Positions 26,454 through 38,536 are shown, counted from the first letter of the stretch. The stretch is 64,000 nt of DNA from Heptranchias perlo (GCF_035084215.1 NC_090357.1:7378001-7442000), one strand, 5' to 3'. Program-made: numbers and translations. The notes: generated from the sequence alone by a model not told the origin.

Positions 26454-26680
26454 ATCACAGTGCCCCCAGAGACAGACGAAGCTCTCCGGGATTTCTGGAA
26501 TGATGTTGCGACTCTGTTGGTCCAGCAAACAGTGCTCGAGTTCGGTCTGCGCCTGCAGGGACTGTAGACCCCAGTGCTTCAGTTTCGTGTGGTAGGCGTG
26601 AAAGTAAACATGACGGATGAGGTCAGCCGAGCTCTCCACTGAGTAGAAGCCACAGTCTGCCCACAGGCACTGGTGCTCCT
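26454..26680 (-). CDS. HINFP: HINFP coding exon 2
   Basis: [36 protein letters not shown]...CLWGHCD; GTGAGT donor. Confidence 0.95.
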
Positions 26681-27469
26681 CTAGGAAACAAACACACAAA
26701 AGGAGAAAATCAAAGCGGCATCACCATGGACACTGGATTAGTTTTCGCTGCCAAAACACATTTTCGTTGTGTCTCATTCCACACCCAACTTTCAAAAAAA
26801 GTTTATTCTCCAGTATCCAAGTCAGTGTTATTGACCAGATATACTGACATTTACCTTATTTGAAGCTCTAAGTTGCTACTTGCTTACATTCTAAAGGGAG
26901 GAGTGGGCTGGAATAAGTTCTGCTGAATTGCCCCGTCAGTTTTATAACAGGAGATGTCGTTATACTTATGTAGTTCATTAGGTCTTTCCTGCTGTTTTGA
27001 ACTGCTGGTGAATTTGATTTCGATCAGTGTAGGAGCAACACGAATTGCTGCTCCAGTGAAACCATCAATTTACAATACGATCGCCATCCTATTGCCTCTG
27101 ATATTCAATGGGTGAGGGGCAAGCACAAAATCTCTGCTCCCAAACTGCCTAACCAACAGTTCGAAAGTATTAAACATTGTAACACGGGCCAGCTGAGACC
27201 ATCTTAACATTACACGGATCTCCCTTTGTACCATTTGGGATTATGGGCCATTCAGAATAAAATTCCTCTTTGACTCAGCTATATTAACAATATACACGTA
27301 ACAATGAAAAAGCATGTCCACACAATATACCTTGTAAAGGAAAGATATGTTAAATTTAACATGTGAATTTACCCACATTTAATGACTGAAAAACATTGAA
27401 ATACTGTTTTCGGAGTGTTTCCAGTAAATAGAGTCCATTGCAGAATCGGGAAACGATTGTGTAAATTCT

Positions 27470-27890
27470 TAACTTTTCACAAACTCCAACTCATCCAAAG
27501 TCCCTCGGCTGTATCCTGCCCTGCATTAAATCCTACTAGCCCATCACCCCATTCTCATCATACTGCAGTGGCTCCCTGTCCCCCAGACCTTGAAGGCCTT
27601 GCCCCACCCTACCTCCTCCAGCCCTGCATCCCAGCTCATGCCTTTTAGTCCTCTGGCCACATGTGCACTGCCACCTCCCACTGATCCTCCATCAAGAGTG
27701 GCGCTTTCAGCTGCCTCTGTCCTATTTATGAAATCTTTTCTCTGAACCACTTGGTCGTTCTGCTTCTCTCCCCATCCTCAAAACCTATCTTTTCTACTGT
27801 GTTTCTGGTCATCTCTTCCAACCGTTTTTCCTTTGTGAAATACCTTGCAACAGTGTTCCATTAGGGGCATTATAAAACTGTACATTATTG
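27470..27890 (+). mobile_element. Degraded L2-type LINE 3' fragment
   Basis: Similar to 34350-34905 (CTCCAACTCATCCAAA, CCCATCACCCC, GCTTTCAGCTGCC). Confidence 0.6.
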
Positions 27891-28249
27891 CTCTATAACT
27901 GCTGTCGGGAAGGTGGGGGGGGTGGGTCAAACACTGACTCACTATCATGCCTCACATGACATCCAACTGGGAAATGTATCTGCAGAAACCTGGATGTGTT
28001 AAACAAGACAGAGATAATGCTGAGATCAGGCATGCTCCTATAATAAAACGGGGAAAGAGAGGAATAAAATAAATCAATCTGCAGCAGTTATCTCAAGCTA
28101 CCCCTGCATACTTTCTACCAGCCAAATCAAAGCAGTAATGCTGGAAACCTGGGAGCTAGCCACTCATCCCTGCCATACATAAATAACATGTCCAAAGAAA
28201 AAAGGGGCTGTGTCTATACAGATTTTTTTTTAATTCCAGATATTACTGG

Positions 28250-28500
28250 CATCACAGAGCAGGGAGAATTCCTCTGCTCTTCTTCGAAATATTGCCATGG
28301 GATCTTTTATATCCACCTGAAAGGGCCTCAGTTTAACGTCTCATCCAAAAGACGGCACCTTTGACAGTGCAGCATTCCCTCAGTACTGCACTGGGAGTGC
28401 CAGCCTTGGGATTTTGTGCTCAAGTCTCTGGAGTGGGACTTGAACCCACAGCCTTTTGGTTCAGAGGCGAGAGTGCGACCCACTGAGCCACAGCTGACAG
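28250..28500 (-). mobile_element. Deu-domain SINE, 5' half
   Basis: GCCATGGGATCTTTTA, GGAGTGGGACTTGAACCC, CACTGAGCCACAGCTGACA. Confidence 0.85.
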
Positions 28501-28564
28501 TTTAATCAAAAGTTGCCATCACAAATCTCATTTGTGCTGCTCATCAACTGTGACATCGCCCTAC

Positions 28565-28724
28565 CTTGTGGTTCAATGACATTTTCATCCCCCTGGAGTT
28601 GGTCCTTTAAATGCTCTGCAATGTGGTTGCTGAAATCTTCCATTCCGGACGCGATGAATCCACACGAGCCCCATTCACACAAAAGCACAAGAGAATCATA
28701 CTTCAGATTCTTCCCAGCAGCCAT
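28565..28724 (-). CDS. HINFP: HINFP first coding exon (exon begins at 28734)
   Basis: MAAGKNLKYDSLVLLCEWGSCGF...HIAEHL; acceptor TTGACTAG at 28735; donor G|GTAGG. Confidence 0.9.
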
Positions 28725-31669
28725 TACATCGCATCTAGTCAAATAAGAAAATACACTCAGTACGTTACCAGATTTGGAATACTGTTTATCATATCTTCTG
28801 TCCTGTCAGATTGCATTTTCTTCAGGTTTTTAAAAAAAAAATAACAAAACTCGTTATACAAGACTTGGGACAAATTGAAAGATTTTGATTCCCTTCCTAG
28901 GATTTGCTAATTCGCTTCTTGGCCGCTGATGACTCATTTATCACAGGGTGAGGAACTCCTTTCCAGGACCTGGCTGTAACCGGTCAGATTTTCCTTCAGT
29001 GATGTCACCAAGTGAATGCAGAGTGCATGCTACCAACACGCCGTTGGTAAAACTGCAATGTTGCACCAGGACACTTGTGCGATACTCCCAATTCAACATC
29101 TCAAACTGCTCCGGTTACCACCAAAAGCCCTGTATTCAACCTAATGTTATATGGAAAGAAAGGTGCATTTATATAGCACCTTTCATGTGTAATCACTGTT
29201 GTTTTGTAGGCAACTCACCTATTCTCCAGATAAAACCTAACATTTGGAAGGATAAAATCTACACGCTAATTGAAATACTGGATGTTTTCAAGTGGACATA
29301 GCATGAAACTTTCACAAGCCCACCGTCGTACTTTACAGAAAACCCAGTGGAAGCATCTACAGCACAGCTGGGTAAAAATGTCACCACTGGGCTTTATTTA
29401 ATCCTAGTAACAAATCTTTGGAACCAGCAACCCCAAAGTAGGCACACATTTCTATTTCATACTTTTTAAAACACTAATATCTATTGTGAAATTGAATCTT
29501 TTAAAGTTTACTATTTGTTTCTCTGGATACAAAAATCACTCTGTACTCCCAGCAGGAACGTTTAGTTGATCATGACACCCAAAGACAAAGGGGATGATAT
29601 TCCTCCTGTTAACAACTTTAATGGAAAGTTATCTCGAGTATAAACAGGAAATCTCATTTTGTACTTCTGACTTTCTTAGTAAAATTGTCAGGAGGAAACT
29701 AATACCCACTACATAAAATCCTTAGACGGATGATTAAAATTTAGTATAATCACTAAAAGGCAAGCCATACAACGTTGTCACTAAGATTTCAGTAGGACCT
29801 AATGATAAGTCTGAGAGTTTTTTCCACTACATCCACTTGAGCTACGAAAAATCACCCAGCAGTACAATTAGATATTTTGTTGTCTGTGTCTAGAGTGAGT
29901 GTTATGAACTGTACAGCAATATGGTAAAATATAGGTGGTTACATGGCTTTCATTGTTGGCGGGGGCGGGGGGGGGTAATTAGAGCCTTACACAAGAACAT
30001 GTTGGCACTAGTGCAATTTCTCCTATAGCTTATCGATGTCAATATGTTATGTAAGATTAGCGACAACGTTGGAAAAATACATGTCCGAACAGGCCAAACA
30101 ATTTCTGTCCTATCTATCCAATTGAAATATCTGTTTGTGGCCTAAGGTTGCTAGTGTAATTGGTTCCTGTGCTCATTACCCTTTGGGAGGACTTCACTGT
30201 AGATTTTCCTTTTGTGACTATGATAATCAGAAGATCTTACTATTGTGTAACTCCTGATTTTGTAGAAGTAGGGGATACAAGAGTTTGCAATGAGTTCTGT
30301 CGTGCTCCACTATGCTGTATACCATCCTCTATTTTTCTAGTGCTGTTGGCCACTCATTTTACGTGGTTTCTTTATTAAGGAGACCGGGTGTGGTGTGAAG
30401 AATCATTTACCCTCTCTTCCGTTTTGCCATTTTGCTCCCATCAAATCACATCCCACGTCCAGTTGCTGTCACGTATTTGAGAGCTTGCATCTTCTGAGGC
30501 GTGCAGATTCTCAATATACCGGCATGCATAGTTCCATCTTAGTTCTGCCTTGGTTACCCATCACAATCTCTGTGAGGAACTTCAGAAAGTTGTTGGTTTG
30601 CTTCGGCAGTTTGCTTGAGGTCTGTCGAGGATATCCAGATTGCCAAAAGTGTTGTGGCGGCTAGACCAATTCCTGAGAATATGATGAGACAGTTAGAGCC
30701 ACTTATGGTTTGAATGCATTGTGTACTGCCATTGAGTGTAAATACCTGATTCATTGAAGAAAATGGCCTTTAAAACATACAGGCATAAACACCCAGATAT
30801 GATTAGCAATATGGAGCTATCATCACTATACTGCCTGCACTTATCAAATATAATTTGCAATCGCATTAACTGAAGACATTTAAATTATATCAATCCATTT
30901 AAACATTGGCCGCTGATTTTTTTCAGGCAGCAGAAAAATAAAATCACTGAAGATGCGTAAACAGGCCAGGATGTGACATGGTGTTTAAACAGAAAGACGG
31001 CTGCAGTTGGGCAGCAATCTTTCCACAAAGACTTCCAAGATTAATAATTTTAGGTCTCATTTTAAAATGGGAATGACCGATATTATAACAAGAATTTATA
31101 ATTGAAAAATGTCTGCATGCATTTTACAGTACAATGTTTGGAATCAATAAAGCTGCAGTGTGTGCTCCTGCCCCACTTAAAAAAAGCTCTCTCTTTAAAT
31201 CTATTTGACATAGACTGCAGACCAGAATGTCCACCTACAGAAGGAGGCATCTGGAAATTTCTAACAGCATAAAAGAGAGACCAAAGATTGAATTTTTAAA
31301 ATAGAAGCCCATTTTCCAATTATTCCACTGGCAGTATTACAATTTTCAAAGATTTCCATCATCAACAAAGCAACGCTGAGAACTCAAGCCACAATCCCAC
31401 GCCCCTCTGATCCTGCAACCCTGCCATGGATTTGGACTTGGTGAAAGGTGGAAATCCCCACAGCCCGTTTGGATCAGGAGCCCAGGTCACAGGCACCATT
31501 GGATTCAATGATGTTACCTTGTGATCACAACTGACCATCTCAGTGGTGGCTTTAACAGGTGAAAAGTGGATGGGGGGGGGGGGGGGGGAGAAATAAGATT
31601 CATTCCCCAGATGAAAGTAGGGGGAAAGTTGCATTCAAATATTAAAGGAGCAGTCAGTCAGTCAGTGAG

Positions 31670-32209
31670 CCCCCTCCCTCTCTCTCTATCTATTCTCCCC
31701 TCCCTCTCTCTCCCCTTCTCCCTTCCCCCACTCTCCTCCTTCCGTTCTCCCCTCTCTCACCTTCCTTCTCCCTCCCTCTGTTCTTCTCCTCCTCTCTTTC
31801 TTTCCCCCCCTCACCTCCCCCCTCCTCACCTCTCCCTCCCCTCCTCTCCCTCCCCTTCCCTTCCCTCCTCACCTCTCCCTCCCCCCTCCCCTCCTCACCT
31901 CTCCCTCCCCTCCTCACCTCTCCCTCCCCTCCTCACCTCTCCCTCCCCTCCTCACCTCTCCCTCCCCTCCTCACCTCTCCCTCCCCCCTCCTCACCTCTC
32001 CCTCCCCCCTTCCCTCCTCTCCTCACCTCTCCCTCCCCTTCCCTCCTCCCCTCCTCACCTCTCCCCTCCTCACCTCTCCCTCCCCCCTCCTCACCTCTCC
32101 CTCCCCCCTTCCCTCCCCTCCCCTTCTCACCTCTCCCCTCCCCTTCCCTCACCTCTCCCTCCCCCCTCCCCTTCTGACCTCCCCTCCCCTTCTGACCTCC
32201 CCTCCTCAC
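31670..32209. repeat. Polypyrimidine/polypurine minisatellite (~19-bp CTCACCTCTCCCTCCCCTC units) at the start of HINFP intron 1
   Basis: Repeated CTCACCTCTCCC units in a near-pure C/T tract. Confidence 0.9.
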
Positions 32210-32700
32210 CTGTCTCAGCCCCAAGTGACGACTGGAGCCGGAAGTGCGGACCCCCACCGCCTGCGCACCTCCACTTCCGGTGGGCGGGCCGATCTGCTCC
32301 CGCCCTCCTGCGCGCGCACCCGCCGCCGATTTAAATCCGTTCCATTTACAACCGCCGGGTTTCAAGCCGCCGCCTCCCGTGTCAGAGTGACCGACCGAAA
32401 TAAGCACTCCCGGACCGTATTATTATAATTAATTAATTACTTAAAAGTGGCCGAATGGCCACTCCAATCACCTTTAGTTGGGCGACTCTCGGGTATGGAG
32501 CGGATCCGCGCGGTGTGATTGACATCGCTTTTCTCCAATCGGAAATCGAGCTGAGGACGCGGCCTGGACAAACTGCCCAATCAGCAGGGGCGGGACCGCC
32601 TCTTGGACCTGATTGGCGCAAAACCGCATCCGGCCAGTGCAGTGTCCGGGTGGATCAGTTACAATTCTAACCGCTGAATAAAGGTTCCGCCGCAATAGCC
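32210..32700 (-). promoter_or_regulatory. HINFP: HINFP non-coding exon 1 and CpG-island promoter
   Basis: Donor CAG|GTGAG at 32209; ETS sites CCGGAAGTG (32238) and CACTTCCGG (32272); CCAAT boxes at 32464, 32535, 32577 and ATTGG at 32612; GC box ~32587. Confidence 0.75.
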
Positions 32701-32779
32701 CAGCTCATGGAGGACCGACATCATAGAATTTACAGCAGGCACGGGCCATTCGGCCCAACAAACCCTCTTTCATTCTTGT

Positions 32780-34348
32780 AAGGAATCTTACACCAGGTTA
32801 TAGTCCAGCAATTTTAAAACTGTTGGACTATAACCTGATGTGGAGATGCCGGTGATGGACTGGGGTTGACAATTGTAAACAATTTTACAACACCAAGTTA
32901 TAGTCCAGCAATTTTATTTTAAATTCACAAGCTTTCGGAGACTTCCTCCTTCCTCAGGTAAATGTTTCAGGATCTCCTCGAAGCCTACGCATTTATACAT
33001 ATAGAACAATACATGGTGTTTACAGACTGCCCCTGCAACTGCCTGTTGCCAAGGCAATTACCGTGTTCAGACAGAGAGGTGTCACCTGCAGAACCACCGA
33101 ATACACATTCAACAAAAAAACAAACAGGGAAAAAAAACAGAGAGAGGCAGAAACATCCGGAAGGCAGAGAGAGCCAGCAAATGACCCATTATATTAAAAA
33201 CAGATAACATTCGTTCGCTGGTGGGGTAACGTGTAGCGTGACATGAACCCAAGATCCCGGTTGAGGCCGTCCTCATGGGTGCGGAACTTGGCTATCAATT
33301 TCTGCTCGACGATTTTGCGTTGTCGTATGTCTCGAAGGCCGCCTTGGAGTACGCTTACCCGAAGGTCGGTGGATGAATGTCCATGACTGCTGAAGTGTTC
33401 CCCGACTGGGAGGGAACCCTCCTGTTTGGCGATTGTTGCGCGGTGTCCGTTCATCCGTTGTCGCAGCGTCTGCATGGTCTCGCCAATGTACCATGCTCTG
33501 GGGCATCCTTTCCTGCAACGTATGAGGTAGACAATGTTGGCCGAGTCACAGGAGTATGAACCATGCACCTGGTGGGTGGTGTCCTCTCGTGTGATGGTGG
33601 TATCTGTGTCGATGATCTGGCATGTCTTGCAGAGGTTACCGTGGCAGGGTTGTGTGGCGTCGTGGACGCTGTTCTCTTGAAAGCTAGGTAATTTGCTGCG
33701 AACGATGGTCTGTTTGAGGTTGGGTGGCTGTTTAAAGGCGAGTAGTGGAGGTGTGGGGATGGCCATAGCGAGGTGTTTGTCCTCATTGATGACATGTTGA
33801 AGGCTGCGGAGAACATGGCGTAGTTTCTCCGCTCCGGGGAAGTACTGGACGACAAAGGGTACTCTGTTGGTTGCGTCCCGTGTTAGTCTCCTGAGGAGGT
33901 CTATGCGATTTTTTGCTGTGGCCCGTCGGAACTGTCGATCGATGAGTCGAGCGTCATGTCCCGTTCTTACTAGGGCGTCTTTCAGCGTCTGTAGGTGTCC
34001 ATCGCGTTCCTCCTCGTCTGAGCAGACCCTGTGTATTCGCAGGGCCTGTCCATAGGGGATGGCCTCTTTGACGTGGTTAGGGTGGAAGCTGGAAAAGTGG
34101 AGCATCGTGAGGTTGTCCGTGGGCTTGCGGTAAAGTGAGGTGCTGAGGTGCCCGTCTTTGATGGAGATTCGTGTGTCCAAGAAAGAAACTGATTCTGAGG
34201 AGTAGTCCATGGTGAGCTTGATGGTGGGATGGAACTTGTTGATGTTATCGTGTAGTCTCTTTAGTGATTCCTTGCCGTGGACTATAACCTGGTGTTGTAA
34301 GATTCCTTACATTTGTCCACCCCAGTCCATCACCGGCATCTCCACATC
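32780..34348 (-). mobile_element. Penelope-like retroelement (family A), 5'-truncated, with inverted terminal pieces
   Basis: RT and GIY-YIG ORF; 3' tail ending at 32838 reappears inverted at 34279-34348; 14-bp direct repeat TCTTTCATTCTTGT at 32766 and 34347. Confidence 0.93.
33194..34210 (-). CDS. Penelope ORF fragment: RT C-terminus/thumb and GIY-YIG endonuclease (open frame, 5'-truncated)
   Basis: FLDT...LYRKPTD, HP.H.K.AIPYGQALR, C..CKTC, VYLIRC...YIGET..LRQRMNGH, GLN motifs. Confidence 0.9.
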   Translation of the reverse strand: MDYSSESVSFLDTRISIKDGHLSTSLYRKPTDNLTMLHFSSFHPNHVKEAIPYGQALRIHRVCSDEEERDGHLQTLKDALVRTGHDARLIDRQFRRATAKNRIDLLRRLTRDATNRVPFVVQYFPGAEKLRHVLRSLQHVINEDKHLAMAIPTPPLLAFKQPPNLKQTIVRSKLPSFQENSVHDATQPCHGNLCKTCQIIDTDTTITREDTTHQVHGSYSCDSANIVYLIRCRKGCPRAWYIGETMQTLRQRMNGHRATIAKQEGSLPVGEHFSSHGHSSTDLRVSVLQGGLRDIRQRKIVEQKLIAKFRTHEDGLNRDLGFMSRYTLPHQRTNVICF

Positions 34349-34349
34349 T

Positions 34350-34907
34350 TTCATTCTTGTCTTTGTTACCTCCAGCCTGGACTATTCCAAAGCTCTCCTG
34401 GCCGGCCTCCCATCTTCCACCCTCCCTAAACTTGAGCTTATCCAAAACTCTGCTGCCCCGTATCCTAACTCGCACCAAGTCCTGTTCACCCATCACCCCT
34501 GTGCTCGCCGACCTACATTGGCTCCCGGTCCGGGAACGCCTCGATTTTAACATTCTCATCCTTGTTTTTAAATCCCTCCACGGCCTTTTCCCCTCCCTAT
34601 CTAACCTCCTCCAGCCCTACAACCCTCCAAGATCTTTGCACTCCTCCAATTCTTGCCTCTTGCGCATCCCCCGATTTTAACCGCTCTGCCTTCAGCTGCC
34701 TGGGTCTTAAGCTCTGGAATTCCCTCCCTAAATCTCTCTGCTTTTCTACCTCTCTCTCCTCCTTAAAACCTACCTCTTTGACCAGTCACCTGTCCTAATA
34801 TCTCCTTATGTGGCTCGGTGTCAAATTTTGTTTGATTATCACTCCTGTGAAGTGCCTTGGGCTGTTTTACTACGTTAAAGGTGCTATATAAATGCAAGTT
34901 GTTGTTG
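34350..34907 (+). mobile_element. L2-type LINE 3' fragment
   Basis: FVTSSLDYSKALLAGLP...LELIQNSAA; ITPVLADLHWLPV; LWNSLP; tail GGTGCTATATAAATGCAAGTTGTTG. Confidence 0.85.
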
Positions 34908-35089
34908 GTCTATGCCGGTGTTTATGCTTATTTCTGTACAGAGACAAACTACACCTTCAACAATTCAAAAAAATTACAGCAACTTTTTTTTTGTTATGAC
35001 AGTTATACCTCTTACATCACTTGTTACTCCATTTAAAAGAAAAATGATTTTCAGTAGACAAATACATCATCATGTATTTGTAATAATTT

Positions 35090-35460
35090 GTAACAGAAAA
35101 TGTTGGAGACACTCAGCAGGTCAGGCAGTATTTGTGGAGAGAGAAACAGAGTTAAAGTTTCATGTTGATGACCTTTTATCTTCCAGTTCTGATGTCAAGC
35201 AAGTTTTTTTTAAAACTGAGCCAGGGATAACGGGAGCAGGGAAGGAACAAGAAGGAGAGGACTGATAGGGTGGTGGGCAGGAGACGATTAAATGACAAAA
35301 GGAATGATGGTGGCAACTGTGGGGAGGTGGTGAAAGGGCAGGCATTGCATATAACTGAAACATTAACTCTTTTCCATCTCCACAGATGCTGCCTGACCTG
35401 CTGAGTATTTCCAACATTTTCTGTTTCAGATTTCCAGCATCCATTGTATTTTGCTGTTTT
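35090..35460. mobile_element. Inverted pair of Penelope family-B ends, degraded
   Basis: 35092-35165 inverted relative to 35355-35425; ATGTATTTGTA at both flanks (35072, 35467). Confidence 0.7.
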
Positions 35461-35794
35461 TAAAAAATGTATTTGTACTTGTTTTTCAAATTGTGTAAAC
35501 ATGCCAGCGTGCAGCAAATCTCTACTTAGATCATGCATCAATACAGTATCGTTGTAAGTTAGTGCTTAGACAGTCGATGACAGCACGTGGATTGGCGCAT
35601 GGAATGATGAAATGTCATTTGGCTTATCAAACCCTCACTTTCCACAAACCATGGACAATTCAACCTGTCACCTCCTGAGACAACATTCTGCTTAAATACC
35701 ACCAGATACTCAAAGGCAGTATCACAACACAGTGAAGAATAAAGCAACACCACCTGAACTGTGTCATACCTTTGAAACAAACTGCAGCCTATGT

Positions 35795-36180
35795 TATTCT
35801 GTAAGAAACAAGTTTGAATTTATATAGTACCTTATCAGGTGTGTTAGGATCTCCCAAAATATTTCACAATTTGAAGTACATTTTGCACATATCAGGAATG
35901 GGCTAAATGACCTGTTGATCTTTTTTTTTGGTTGCAGGGGGTTAATGGAAGAACATTGGCCAGAAGCATGGGAGAACTCACTGCTTTGCTTTGAGTAATG
36001 CCATGGAAGCTTTAACATCAATCTCAATAGGTAAATGGAGCCTCGATTCAATGTCTCTTCTGAAGAGTGGCACCTCTGACAATGCAAGACCTCCTCTGTC
36101 CTAAAGTCCATTGTGGGACTTGAACCCACAACTTTCTGTCTCAGAAGGTGAGAGTGCTATCACCTGAGCCAAGCAGACAC
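35795..36180 (-). mobile_element. Degraded Deu-domain SINE
   Basis: GTGGGACTTGAACCCAC B-box region; GCCATGG; SINE tail remnants. Confidence 0.7.
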
Positions 36181-37094
36181 ATTACATAGAAGTGCCATTT
36201 ACATGGTCTTTTATTTTCCACGTGATGTTTGGAAGCAGCAAGCCTCACGGTGGACAGCAAATACCATTTGGTATTCTACTGTACCATGTGGTGGAACTTA
36301 AATTATATGTTTTACTCCACTGTATTAAATAGGAATAGCTGAGTGAGTAAATACAGTAGGGCAAATGAATTTCCAGAATGGGTCCAAAAACAGGCATTAG
36401 GCACATTAGCATATTCAAGGGACCTAACTCCTGTTATAGGCGGCCACCAGGGACGCCGCTAGAGCAGCCGAAACAATATAGTGTCCGGTGTGTTTCTGAC
36501 ATTCTGGTATTGGCCCCCTAAATTGGAACTCTATGCCCCATTTTTCACCTGTAAAACGGGTACAAGGTGTAATTTCACCCCCGTGTTCTCCTGCTTATTA
36601 GTCCAGGCCTCTGGATTACTAGTCCAGTAACATGACCACTACAGCAACATGCCCGGTTCAGATGACATTGTAAACCAGAATGAAATTCAACTAGTTTGTT
36701 GTCATCTGAACCCTGAAATGAGATTCTTTTCATTGTAACCATTCTTGTCAGATAATTTAAAATGTAATGGTGAGTCTAACTGCTAATATGCAAATGAAAA
36801 AATCCTTCATATGATCCACTTTAATTCCTTCTTTCCTATAATTCCGAGTTACAATTGCAAAAATCCTAGAATTTTGTTGCCTTGGAAAGAAAATGGGTGC
36901 AACAAACTTGCTCGCCACAGGGGAACAAAAAGCATTGTGTAAGAATTCTGCTATATTTTCTCAGTTAGGATTATGCCAGTTATTTGGAGCACTGCACTAG
37001 TTTTTTGGCAATGGAGCCTGGGCAGTATCATTACTAATGGCAGTCACAAGCTAATAGCAAGATTAAGTTTGAAGACATAGGTATACTGCACCAG

Positions 37095-37503
37095 GTGTCT
37101 GTTACGGCTCAGTGGGTAACACTTCTGCCTCAGAGTCAGAATGTCGTGGGTTCAGGACCCACTCCAGTTAGACCTGAGCCCAAAATCTAGGCTGATACTT
37201 CAGTGCAATACAGAGGAAGTGCTGCATTGCCAGAGGAGATGTTAAATCATGGACCAGTCTGTCCTTGTGAATATAAAAGATCCCACGGCACTATTTCGAA
37301 GAAGCGCAGGGACATTCTCCTTGGGATCTTGGCCAATATTTATCCCTCAACCAACATCACTATTGTGAGACCTTGCTGTGCGCAAACTGGTTACTGCGTT
37401 TCCTACATTACAGCAGTGACTGCACCTCGATAGTACTTAATTGGCTATAAAGTGCTTTGAAACATACTGAAGTTGTGAAAGGCACTATATAAATGCAAGT
37501 CTT
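37095..37503 (+). mobile_element. Deu-domain tRNA-SINE
   Basis: GGCTCAGTGGG A-box, GGTTCAGGACC B-box-like, AAAGATCCCA, GCACTATATAAATGCAAG tail. Confidence 0.85.
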
Positions 37504-38298
37504 TTTGCACCAGAACAAAGCACATACTAAATACTCATTAGCATCACTGCATATAGCACTATAAAAAATCCTATTTTAAATGTTACGTATGCTTGCAATG
37601 TTGATATATAGCCAGTGCAATTAATAGTTGTATTCTTTAAAGATTTTATTTAGATGCTGAAGTCACAATTCTTAAACCCAGGTTTTCGTTTATATTATCA
37701 AATTAAATTCCAGAGTATCTGTCTCAATTGTACACATATATACACAATGTATATTCTTTTATAAAAAAGCAATATGCTTTTGCACTTCATTTTATTCAAT
37801 TATTCATTCATTAGTCTTTTCAGTTACCATGCATAGAATCGAGGATGCACCAGGTCAAACGCAATTTAACAAAGAAAGTGTGAACACTTCATACCGAGGA
37901 TATCTGAACAATCGGTTGCTCAGTGACCACGTGCACAGCCCACAATTTATCCTCGCAGCGGAGAACCTCCTTCTTAGATTCAAAATATCCAGGCAACGGG
38001 ATTCCTGTTTCTTATCCAATATTAGATTAAAAAAACGCTGCCAAGTTATTAGTGTGTAACTGAGGGAAGTAAAATGATACCAAGATTGACACAAAGCAAT
38101 ATTTTTGTGCAGTTTCAATCAGGACATATCTGTTGGTTGAGTCTTGATTTGAATTCCAAAGTGTTAGAAATAATTTATATCTTTTAAAGCATGCCAACAA
38201 ATTTCTTAGGGTTTCATGCACGGTGGTTTGCTCTTGTATGCACTCCTAGTCTCCATCTATAGCACTCTCTTTTTAAAAATCAACTTAAGGTGACAGTA

Positions 38299-38536
38299 AT
38301 AAAAACAGAAAGTGCTGGAAGCACTCAGCAGGTCAGGTAGCATCTATTGAGAGTGAAGCAAGAGTTAATGTTTCAGGTCGATGACCTTTCATCATAAGGT
38401 CTGATGAAAGGTCATCAATCTGAAACGTTAACTCTCGTTTCTCTCTCTCTCCACAGATGCTGCCTGACCTGCCGAGTGTTTCCAGAATTTTCTGTTTTTA
38501 TTTCAGATTTCCAGCATCCACAGCATTTTGCTTTTG
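38299..38536. mobile_element. Head-to-head inverted Penelope family-B ends with hammerhead motifs, in the probable DPAGT1 3' UTR
   Basis: 38299-38394 is the reverse complement of 38401-38502; approximate duplication TTAAG(G/-)(T/C)GACAGT at the flanks. Confidence 0.8.

Noticed and set aside
31566-32407. Pro/Ser-rich and Gly/Glu/Arg-rich ORFs; similar ones at 2180-2892
   Set aside because: Low-complexity purine/pyrimidine tracts, partly spanning an N gap; no coding signature
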